From: Chiloscyllium plagiosum
Taxonomy: Eukaryota
Length of the DNA stretch: 64,000 bases
Direction: 5' to 3'
Assembly (NCBI RefSeq): GCF_004010195.1
Contig: NC_057728.1
Span: 44,578,381 to 44,642,380 of the forward strand
Of the stretch, positions 13,426 through 24,206 are shown in pieces. A model generated the notes under the pieces. The model had not been told where the DNA came from. It worked only from the letters and a program-made list of their open reading frames with translations, and did no database searches. How positions within the stretch are numbered: position 1 is the first letter of the stretch; each line of letters begins with the position of its first letter. The position numbers and the translations under genes are program-made.

Positions 13426-14229
13426 TGGGAGTTCCTTCTTAACAATGCTCTCTATCCATGTGCTTTATGATTGGCATAACAGTGAGTGGTCCTCTGCATG
13501 TGGCTTTCATTAACCCCATAGGCTTTGCAATCCCCAGCTCTTCACCCATATTATATATGTGTGTGACAAAACAGTTTGCCTGTACTTCCCTCACCCCAGC
13601 CCTCCTATATTATGGCTCCTCTTTTCCCCAGCCCATTACACCTTTAATTTCTGTGTATGGAAGAGACAAAAGAGCCATATACTTTGTGTGACCCGCCTTC
13701 CCAGTAATGGCCCTCACCTGCTCAGGCCCCTGGCTAGTGAACTCACGTGGTGCTGAGCTCACAGACTTCCATTCTGAGCTAGCCCCTATACAGGCAAAGG
13801 ACTGACCATGACCCACTCCCTGGAGAGCTGTTTCCCCCATGCAATGCCACCCTGAGTGGACATCTGACCATAGCCAAGCCCGAGGCTGCTATAAGAAGGT
13901 GCCCTTACATAACCATGCTGGATGCCCCTACCAACTGATAGCTGGCCCCATGGACCACATTGCTCACACCTGCACTAAAATATTCAGACATATTTCACTG
14001 CTTGCTGTAGATAGCGTTTGGTGTGTAGACTGAGGTCTCATGGTGCAGGTATTGTGGCACCTTGATGTATGACAAGATGTACACAGCCTTGGTTAAAGCC
14101 TAATGCACAGCACAACCTCCTATCTGGTTGTCTGATTGTAACCATTGCCAATGCAAGGCAGGGCAGGGCGAGGCAAGGCATGCATGCTGAGGACAGACTG
14201 GCACTGGAAATGACAATAGCAATTCCAAA

Positions 14230-16750
14230 CCTATTGACCCTACAAAGTTGTTGTTACCAAAACCTGGGGGTGAGTATTAAAAGTGGGACAGCTATCTCAC
14301 AGACTAGTTAATAACAGCCTGACATAGTCATACTGATTGTATCATACCTTACACAATACTCTGGACAACACCATCACCATCCCTGGCAGACATGGTGGCA
14401 CGGAGATAGACTGTCAGAGGGACCCTCATCGATTGCGGGCAAGGGCGCAGAATGTACTCGAAGTGGGTGAATTCAAGATGCTCCACCAACAGTGGCTCAA
14501 CAGGAGCACTACTGACTAAGATGATGGAGTCCTAAAGACATAGCTCCCTCTGTGGAGGGTGGTGAGGAAATCAACAAGAGGGAGAAACATAATTGATCTC
14601 ATCCTCATCAATCTGCCCATGACAGTATCAAAATAAGAGCGACCCAGTACACAAATTCCTGTCTTCATATTCAGAGCACTCTCTGTTGTGTTGTTAGCAC
14701 TATCAATATGTTAAATGAGATAGACTTAAGGCAGATCAAATATCTCAAAACTGGGCATCCACAAGGCACTGTGGGCTTTCAGCAGCAGTCAAATTGTACT
14801 ACAACATACTCTGCAACATCATGGACTGTTATATCCCACTCTCTACCAATATCATCAAGTCAAGAGATCAAGCATGGTTCAATGAAGAATACAGGAAGGC
14901 ATACCAGGGGCAACAGCAGAATGAAATAAGATGTCAACTTGGTGAAGTTACAAAACAGAAATATTTGTGTAATAAACAGCATAAGCAGCAAGTGCGAGAT
15001 CTGATTAGCTCTAAGCTCTGCAGGCCTGCCACATCTAGTCATGAGTAGTGATGGACAATTAAATAACTCAATGGAGGAGGAAGATCTACTAGTTTCCGCA
15101 TCCTCAATGATGGGGACCATTTGTTTGGAAAGAATTATCTGTCAGAATACCAATTCAACAATCCATTTCCCCCTTGCTCTGAGGTCTCCAGCATGACAGA
15201 TGTCAGTCTTCTGCCAATTTCATTCCCATGACATTAAGACATATCTGGAGACTGTGAATACCACAAATCATAAGAGTCCTGTCAACATTCCAGCATCAGT
15301 ACTGAAAACTTGAGCTCCAAATTGGCCACACAGATAGTCAAGCTGTTCCAGTACAGCTACAACACTGTCTTCTGTCCAACAAAGTATAAAATTGCCCAGG
15401 TATGTCCTGTGGACAAAGAGCAGGACTGGCCAAATATGGACAATTACCACCCCAATTAGTCTACTCTCCATCATTAATAAAGTGATGGAAGGGGTGATTG
15501 ATAATGCTATCAGCCGCATTTGCTTAGCAGTAACTTGTTCATTGAATCCCAGGTTGAATTCTGTCAGCGCCATTCTACTACTGACCTCATGACAGCCTTA
15601 GACCAAACATAGACAAAGGAGCTGAATTCCTGAGATGACATGACAATGACTACCCAGACATCAAGTCCACATTCTGTGGAGTATGGCATCAAAGTGCCCA
15701 ATAAAATCTGACTGGATGGAAATCAAAGGGAAAACTCTCCCTTAGCTGGTTGGAGATGTACCTGGCTAGGTGTGGAAGGTCAGACATTTTAGTTCCATGA
15801 CATCTCTAAAGAAGTTATTCAGGGTTGCTCTCTGAGGCCTAACCACCCTCAATTGTTTCAACAATGATCTTCCTTCCATCAAAAAGTCATAAGTGAGCAT
15901 GTTCATTGATGATTGCATAATATTCAGCACCATTTGCAACTCCTCAGGAACTGAAACAGTCCATGTCCAAGTACAACATGTTCTGGATAGTGTCCATGCT
16001 TGGACTGACAAATAGGAATAAACGTTCACACTACACAAGTGCCAGGCAATGGCTATCTCCAACAAAAGAGAATCTAATTCATCATCATCTGGTAATATCA
16101 TAGTTCAGTCCCCCATGATCACCATCCTGTAAGTTATCATTGACCAGAAATTGAAATGGACTTACCTTTTCAGCAACCCATAAGCAGATCAGAAGCTAGG
16201 AATTCTGCAGCAAGTAACTCCCCTCCTAACTCCCTAGAGCCTCACTTCTATTTTCAAGGCATAAATCAGGGATTGTGCTGGAATATTCCTCACCTTCCTG
16301 GATGAGTACAGCTTCAACAGCACTCAAGAAGCTTGACACCATACAAGACAATGCAGCTGACTTGATTGGAGTCACATCCACAAACATTTATTCTCTCCAC
16401 CCATTGATGTTCAATAGCAGCAGTGTCTACATATACAAGATGTACTGTAGAAATTCACCAAGGCTCATTCGACAGCTGTTTGCAAACCCATGACCACAAC
16501 CATCAAGAAGAATAAGGTGGTTGTTATATATGGGCACATTACCATTTGCAAATTCTCCTCCAAGCCACTCACCATCTTGATTTGGAGGTATATTCTTGTT
16601 CCTTCTCTGTTGCTGGGTCAAAATCCTGTAACTCTTTGTGGGTCAACAACAGCAAGTAGACTACAGTCATTCAAGAAGGCAACTAGGAATAGACAATACA
16701 ACTGGGCAGTCAGTGTCACCCACATAACAGTAACTAACTTTCAAAAAAAA
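14230..16750 (+). mobile_element. Decayed CR1-group (L2/Crack-like) LINE ORF2, endonuclease to 3' end
   Basis: LSHRLV..PDIVIL, PISLLSIINKVMEG, CFNNDLPSI, MFIDDC and EYSSPSWM motifs; A-rich 3' end near 16750. Confidence 0.85.
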
Positions 16751-16864
16751 TCAGATGTTCAGCCTCATGCTCATATATTCAATGCCATCAACCTCTAACT
16801 GTCCTCCACATACATGCACAACGTCTGGAAATGAAGCTTCCAGCTCACCTACATCCATTCTTAA

Positions 16865-17050
16865 AATCATTCTTGCATGGAATGTGTGCAATACTGACTA
16901 GTTATCGCTCAAGTTTCCTATAGGTCAGGTTAGGTAAGGATGTCAGATTTCCTTCACAAAAGAACTTTAGTGAACCAAATGAGTTTTAACAGCAATCACC
17001 AATGGACAGATGGTCAATACTAGACTAGCTATTCTGTCTTCTAGCTAGTT
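16865..17050 (-). mobile_element. SINE fragment sharing the 3' tail of the L2/Crack-like LINE
   Basis: Reverse complement TGGTTCACTAAAG...GAAGGAAATCTGACATCCTTACCTAACCTGACCTA overlaps the family seen at 47403-47560. Confidence 0.55.
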
Positions 17051-17299
17051 AGCCATAGGAGACACAGCCCAACACAGATTACAATACACAGTCACGTATT
17101 ACCACAAGGAGCATTAACAAACTAATGATTGACATGCTTACCTGCACTTTCTGATTGCTTTAGGGGTGAAGTCTGCGTACTATAAGTCAGTGAGGTGGCT
17201 GCATTCAGAGTCATTCAGAATGACAGTAGGAATCTATCTTATGTATCTTCTCAAATTCCATTTCACCTTCATGCTGTATTGGATATGTATGTTTGAAAA

Positions 17300-17428
17300 T
17301 ATATATGAATTCAGAAGACTGAGGAGATAGTGTTGGAGAATGGGATTAGCTGGATAGCTCTTTCAGGAGCTAGTACAGAAATTATGGGTCAAATGGCCTC
17401 CTTCTGTACAATAAAATTCTATGACTTA
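17300..17428 (+). mobile_element. CR1 3' UTR fragment
   Basis: ATGGGTCAAATGGCCTCCTTCTGTAC...TTCTATGA tail. Confidence 0.7.
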
Positions 17429-17783
17429 ATGAAATACAAGTTGTAGATGGTGTGACCATGAACTTCTGCTTTGCATCTCATTCTTGTTTCCTCTTCTCAA
17501 CCATCCCCTTCTGCCTGGAAGTTGTCAACAATTTGGGGGATTTATAGTTGGGAGTGTTTACTCATTACCCAAGAATTAGATTTGGCTTTTAGTAGTCCAA
17601 GCTTTCCTGGGCAATTATTTATCTAACTGCAAAAGAAATATTCCAAATTCTCCAATTTAAATGGTTACTTTCAGAGGGTTCCATGATAGAAATCTTCAAT
17701 TTCCTGGGTGATTCTTTCAGAGTCTGCAATATCAGCAATTCTGCAAGATCCCCATGTGCAAGTCCAACCTACAGTTTAGAAGC

Positions 17784-17996
17784 TTTGAGATAAAATGAGG
17801 GCTGCAGATGCTGGAGATCAGAGCTGAAAATCTGTTGCTGGAAAAGCGCAGCAGGTCAGGCAGCATCCAAGGAACAGGAGAATCGACGTTTCGGGCATAA
17901 GCCCTTCTTCAGGAAGGGCTTATGCCCGAAACGTCGATGCTCCTGTTCCTTGGATGCTGCCTGACCTGCTGTGCTTTTCCAGCAACACATTTTCAG
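17784..17996. mobile_element. Palindromic Penelope-derived element (head-to-head pLTR fragments) with hammerhead motifs
   Basis: Arms of about 85 bp (17822-17907 vs 17913-17998) are near-perfect inverted repeats; 15 bp TSD CTACAGTTTAGAAGC at 17769-17783 and 17997-18011. Confidence 0.9.
17881..17914 (-). ncRNA. Minimal type I hammerhead ribozyme motif (core intact)
   Basis: Minus strand CUGAAGA-A-GGGC-UUAU-GCCC-GAAA-C-GUC|GAUU; ACGU palindrome as helix III; predicted cleavage after the base at 17885. Confidence 0.75.
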
Positions 17997-19384
17997 CTAC
18001 AGTTTAGAAGCAACTATTTGACCATCGGACAATCCGAGCCATTGTCTGTGACACAACTGGCTATAATTGACATTAAGTCCCTGAACTTGGGAGGGGAAAA
18101 TGTGCCTGTTTAGTCTGTTGGCTGTTTCAATCTTTACAAATAAGCATAGTCCACATGACAAACGACTTCCTATTTGTTTTTTTTTCAATTGAGATTGAAA
18201 ATGTTAAATATTTTAGTGGGAGATCAGTGTAGTTGCTGTTGGATAAAATAAGTCTTCAGTTTCCAGAAATTGGATAAGATACCTTGAATGGGTGGCTTTT
18301 GTTATAAAGCATCTCAAAGTATTAAGCTTATTCAGCCATCCTCTCCTGCCACAAAAAATATTGCCTTCTGCAGTCTATATTAGGCATTAATCATATGGTG
18401 CTGATTTTGAGCATTTAAACTTTGATGGCTTCAGAAAGCCTATGGTTTGGGATAAAGAGAGAATATTTATTCTCTTTAAAATGCCTCCATTTCACTACTT
18501 TATACCATTAATCTTCTGCTGTACTCCCATGTCACCATGTTTTGATGTGTTGACCCTTACATCCTTTTCACTTTCACTGTACCATGGCATTGCTTGTCTT
18601 GTTCAATAAAGCTGAACATTAGACTCATCAACCACCCCTGCTCCTGATCAACAGTACATATGCATGCAGAAACTTGAAGTTTTGATAATCAGTGTCAGTG
18701 GAAAATTCCTAAGTGATGGAGCCAGGTGATCAATCATTTGAAGTACACTAATTAACTAAGAAGACAATTCCCCTTGGTGACAGCTTGAAGCATCCAGCTG
18801 TTTAATGATCTCATAAGACCACCTACCTACCATCAGTAAGCCTTTAGTCTCCTGCATGTGATGGGTTGGTGACATGCCAACGAAATTGAGTAGACAACAT
18901 CAAGGTAGGTTTTCACCTTTACAATCTTCAGATCAATTGTGCCCTGTGTTATGCAATTAGTTAAAGTTTTAGCAGACGGTAATGGAGCTTGTACCTGCTA
19001 CACTGCCAGTGTACATATTAACTGTCAGGCAATAATGGCCTCCTACAGAAATCTGATACCAGACTTCTGGTACAGGAAAACAGATTGAATGAAGATTATT
19101 AAAAATAATCACACAAGAGGGGAAAAAACAAATTGAATCAAACTGAACATATCTGAAACATTTGCTTATATCTGGAACCTACTTCTATGATTCCTGATGT
19201 AATTATTCATTACTGAAGTATTCATGTAATGTACAGGTCATCTAATATTCATCTAACAAGTCTCGTGATACAGTTTGCATATTTTTGCCTGTCCAACCTA
19301 CCATAAGGCCCAGTATTATTTCAGATTGTTACCTCTTTTGATAATATACTTAACAATACATCTGTCTTCATGAGGTAACACAAT

Positions 19385-21340
19385 CAACTGAAAATTCCCA
19401 ACCGCAGAATAATGTGGTCACGGAAAGAAAGTTAGGGAAAATGCATGAGACTGTGAGAAGCCTCTCGGCACTCAATGAGATGTTCCAATGAAGTGTTGAA
19501 CTGCAAGATTCTTACCAGTGAGTGGTGAGAAGTCTATTTGAATATATTAGCATATACTACCAACTTATTATTATCTAATCTCATCTCATTAAGATGTAGT
19601 TTCCACTTCTGCCACCAGCTGGATAGAAGCCAAGTATTCCTGAGATGAAAGTCAGAGAGGTTACCTGACAATTCAGTTCACCGCTTGCCCATCTGCACCT
19701 CCATCGTAGACACTGGGCACCAACATGTCAGGACACATGGGCAGTGGGCAGTGACTGCATGCACAACCCTGTCCATGGACATTGGCACCTCATGTACGTT
19801 GAACCTGACTATATCACCATGGTACATTTCTGTTCACTGATAGTGCAATCAGTGCATGGCACTTTTCACTGCAACGCTGCTGTCAGGACACTTTGTGTGC
19901 ATGGATGGGCATCTATGTCATGGATTGGACCCAGGCTACATCTCAGAACTGTTTGCTGGATTCATAGCACTCATTCGCTTTGTGCTAACCTGGATGATCA
20001 CAACTTCTCTATGTTGCCTTACCTTTTAATGTTTGCCTCCTAAATCAGAGCATAAAGGCCCACAGTACTTCTATCTTGCCTTGACTTTTAGTGCAGTCAC
20101 AAAGACAGGCAGCTTGCCATGTTTGCCAGCAGTTGTCAATCAACAGGATGGTCATCTTGGTGTATACCACCATGCTATGTCAATCTCATATCTGCACCAT
20201 GTGTCCTGATTCTCACCAGCCAAGATCAGCCTTTCATTGGCGTGTGGAGATAAATGTCAGGCTCTCTGCTACCAATCCTGGCTCCCTCCACTCTATTGTG
20301 TGCCATTTCTCCTGAATTGAGGTAAAGGGAGGGATTAAGTGAAATGAAAGTGGGTAGCACAGCTATTCTTGCTGGTGCAGGTATCGAAAGTTGTTGTGGT
20401 GTTCCGAGTGAAGGAAGGAACAGAGGCCGTGCAGGGCTAGTAGGTGGGTTTGGAGTGGGTAAGTGTAAATGATGGATGAATTTGCATGCACTAGTGATAC
20501 TGGTAGGTCATGAACCTTTGTGGAAAGTGGACACAGTCACAGAGATGGAATGAGTGCAGTGTTGCAGAGAGAGGATGGCAGTATTTACCATTTGAGAGCA
20601 GAGGCCTAGTCTTGTCTTAGTCTCCCACTCGCTATAGATGGAAGGACCCTCCACTGCCAGGAGCTCTGGGGATTCCTGGCCCCAGAGTTATACTTAAAAG
20701 GCAATTGTGTACCTGATCAATGGCTATCACCCCAGAGCTGCATTCAGCAGTCCCCAACCTTTACCCTGAATGTGGCAGTTAAGGGAAAATTGCACCTTGT
20801 TGTGCAGACAGAGACCTGGAAGTTCTGTTAGATGTAGAGAGGGACATCTACTTCCCCAGGATTGGGGGAGAAAGCACGACACCAGTACATTACAGCCTGG
20901 TCTCAGGCTGTCACCTGGGTTAGCACGTCTCTAAGGGAAAGAGAAATACCCAGTAATGTCTTAGTCATTGACCTTCTCAGGCATTACTGAGTATTTCTCT
21001 TTCCCTTGGAGACTGTCAATTTTCCTTTAATTGCCACGTTCAGGGTAAAGGTTGGGAACTCCCTAATGCAGCTCTGGGGTGACAGCCATTGACCAGGTAC
21101 ACAATTATCTTTTATTTATAACACTGGGGCCAGGAATCCCCAGAGATCCTGGCAGTGGAGAGTCCTTCCATATATGGTGAGTAGAGACCAGGACAAATGG
21201 ACTGTCATAGGGGCTTGGTGCATCATTCATGAGGCGAGTTTATGATGATAGTGAGAGAACAGTCACTGGGCCTTGCAGAGAGAAACCCTCCATGAAACTC
21301 ACCAAAAGTCTTATCTGATTTCCAGTGAGTATCAGCCCTA
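19385..21340 (-). mobile_element. Putative non-autonomous PIF/Harbinger relic containing a fold-back duplication
   Basis: Contains the Myb/SANT relic GKIAPCCADRDLEVLLDVERDIYFP...AWSQAVTWVS...KRNTQ*C; GC-richer than its flanks; outer boundaries are estimates. Confidence 0.45.
20612..21196. repeat. Long imperfect inverted repeat (palindrome)
   Basis: 20612-20792 pairs with 21017-21196; inner stem 20927-20963 pairs with 20977-21013; about 134 nt one-sided bulge. Confidence 0.95.
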
Positions 21341-21364
21341 TGTGTCAATACATATTCCCATTGC

Positions 21365-21488
21365 CAATCCTGAAGAAGGTCACACCTGAAACATAGACTT
21401 CCTCACCTCCTGATGCTGCCTGGTTTGCTGTGTTCTTCCATCCTCCTGCTTGTTCACCTTAGATTCCAGGATCTGCAGACTTTTTTTG
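21365..21488 (+). mobile_element. Penelope-derived pLTR fragment with hammerhead motif
   Basis: CTGAAGA-AGGT-CAC-ACCT-GAAAC-ATA at 21370-21395, then GATGCTGCCTGG...TTCCAGGATCTGCAG tail. Confidence 0.75.
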
Positions 21489-21869
21489 CCTCTAATGCTT
21501 TTTAAATAGCTCAAATAAACACTCATTTTCAATGACAACTGTAAACTGGTATTTTGCTGCCTTGATCTATACTGAAGGCAGTGACTCACCTTGAGTTTAG
21601 ATCCATGAGTGCCAAAAGATAGCAGTTTCTTCATCAGATAGTCTGAATTATGTTTAACAGTCTATTTGACCTGGCAGGACAATAACAGTCAAGGATAATC
21701 CTGTCTTTCTTTAATAATCGCGTGTGTGTGACCAAATGAAATGGCAGCTGCAGAGTGGTGTTGAGTAGGGGTGGGTGGGGAGAAGGGACTCTGTGCAGGT
21801 GTAGGTTGGGAGAGATGTCCACTAGATAATAAATAGTAATATTAGCTGATTTTTGATTTGCTCCCTTTT

Positions 21870-22190
21870 GAAATATATAAGACTCTTGGGTACTTTATAG
21901 GACTGATACTGGGAAGATGTTTCCTCAACTCGGGGACACAGTTTAAGAATAAAAGAACTCCTTTTTAAGGAGATAAGGAGATTTTATTTTCTCTCCAGTG
22001 GTTGTTAATCTATGGAATTCTCTTCCCCAGAAAGCAATAGAAGTTGTGTTATTGATTTTATTCAATGCAGAGATTGATAGATTTCTGATAAAAAAAAGTC
22101 AAGGACTACGAGGGCAAATGGGAAAGTGCATACCAGAGCACAATTTGATCAGTCATGTCCTCATTGAATAGTTAAATGGGCCAAATGGCG
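21870..22190 (+). mobile_element. CR1 3' fragment (old)
   Basis: GHSLRI, VVNLWNSLPQKA motifs and GGGCCAAATGGC tail. Confidence 0.75.
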
Positions 22191-22191
22191 G

Positions 22192-22272
22192 GGAAAGCTC
22201 AGCAGGTCTGGCAGCATCTGCGGAGAGAAATCAGAGTGAACATTTTGGGTCGAGCGACCCTTCCTCAGAACT
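22192..22272 (-). mobile_element. Penelope-derived pLTR fragment with CpG-decayed hammerhead motif
   Basis: Minus strand AGTT-CTGAGGA-A-GGGTC-GCTC-GACCC-AAAATGTT followed by CAGATGCTGCCAGACCTGCTGAG. Confidence 0.75.
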
Positions 22273-23446
22273 CATTCTACTTCTGAGTTTTAGCCATGTC
22301 AATCTAAATGTGGTATTTTATTGTTATCCAGGCTAAGATCAGCTAACTTAACATATGTCAATGATTTAACCTTGGAAATAAACTTAGCAATATAGTTTGG
22401 TCAAGTTGAGAATGGATTGAAACTGTAACTCAGGTTATTTGCTGTTTCGAGTTTTACAATATTAATTAAAAGTGAGGTCTATTGCAGTGCAAAGAGAAAT
22501 CTTGAATTAATCCACATCAGCATTTGTATATGATTCTCCTGTAGCTGTTAAACATGGAATAATAATAAAAACCTTCTTCTTTTCTCATCTAAAAGTAAAA
22601 AGAGACTACTACATGTCTGATTAAATATAGGGGTATTAATAAGTATTGGGGAAGTATTTTCACAAAATTTAATCATTAATTGCTTTACTTTACTAGCATA
22701 TGAAAAATTATTTTCTCAAACAGGGATTACTGTAAATACCAGCTCACAATAAATACCGTTAGGCAGATTTTTAATGATCTAAAAATCTGAGATGTGACTT
22801 GCACAGTAGTTTGTCATTGGTTATTGCTGTGACTTGTACAGCAATTCAAGTAATACACTAGATGTTACGCTCTCAGATTTTATTTCCACTGCGTATAACC
22901 TGTTCTTTGAGGAACAATACAAATGAAGTTTGTAATGTCTGGGCTTGAAGAAGTTATCCTAACAGTGACCCATTCAAAGTTCACATTTCCTTGTAAAATG
23001 TCTGAACTAAACATTGTTTTCTGTTATTATAGGAAACTACTTCCTCAAAATGTTTAGGTTACTGACCCTCTTCACTGACTGTTTGTAAGGATTCAGAAAA
23101 CTCTCAGCACAGCACAAGTCTCTCACTACTGTGAGAGTATCTTATTCTGAGTGTTTTCTTTTGTTCTGTTATTAACTGATAAATATTTTAGATTTATTAA
23201 CGTTCTTATTTAGCTGAGCTTAATCTATATCTTGTACATTTTATTGGCATACTTGTCATACTTGTGTGACTTCCACAAATGGAACCATCTGCCTCAAATT
23301 GGTTAACAACGTTTGTTTAAACCATCTGCATAAAACTTTGGGCAGAAGGGAAGATTAATCTCCATCAGAAGCAGGTCCACACTATATGTACAGAATTTTA
23401 AGGCTTCATTTCACAATATATAATTAGAACAATAAATTGTGATAAT

Positions 23447-23900
23447 GTTGTGGCTCAGTTAGTACCCTTTTGTCATTGAATCAGAAGACCCTGGTTTTAA
23501 CTTTCAATCCAAAGACTTCTTGGCACAAAAATTTATGCTGACTCTAGTGCAGTATTGGGAGAATTGGTACACTGTTGGAAGTGGCATATTTTGGATGACA
23601 CATTAAACCAAGGTTCCATATGCCTGCATCAATTAAAATGGAAGGTCGTATAGCATTTTCCTGGAGAAAAAAACAGTGGCCATCTCTCCAGTATCCTGAA
23701 TAATATTTATCAATCATTTGACATTACAAAACAGATTATTTGGTAACTACTACAGTGTTCTTTATGGGAGCTTGCTATGTATGAATTGACTGCTATGTTT
23801 AAATATTACAGCAGTTTCCATACTACAGGAAGTAGTAAGCTACTCTGGGACATTCTGAGGTCATGAAAAGCACCAAACAAATTCCAGGCTTTCTTCCTTT
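23447..23900 (+). mobile_element. SacSINE1-like DeuSINE
   Basis: tRNA-like head TGTGGCTCAGTTAGTA; Deu-like core (AATATTTATC...AAAACAGATTATTTGGT...TGGGAGCTTGCT); L2-type tail TGGGACATTCTGAGGTCATGAAAAGCAC. Confidence 0.75.
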
Positions 23901-24206
23901 CTGTTGCTTATTGTTAAACTGTGTCCATGCAAGTAATAATTACACATCATGCAATAACACTGCCTAATTATTGTCATAAAAAATTCAAATTAGAGAAATG
24001 AAAATAGATTAAATACATTTGAACAAAAATTGTGAACAATGTAATAGAAATTCATTAATAAATGTAACCAAATATACATCTGCATCTCAAGATTGTAACT
24101 CACTAATGCAATGTGGGTAATAAATATTGGCCTAGCTGGCGAAAAATCCCATGAATGAAAATCAAAAAAGAAAGTCAGAATATGGCTTTTAATATAATTT
24201 TGGACT

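Noticed and set aside
17784..17996. MITE or DNA transposon with TIRs
   Set aside because: Arms are asymmetric, the TSD is 15 bp, and the same sequence occurs unpaired as a retroelement terminus at 63766-64000
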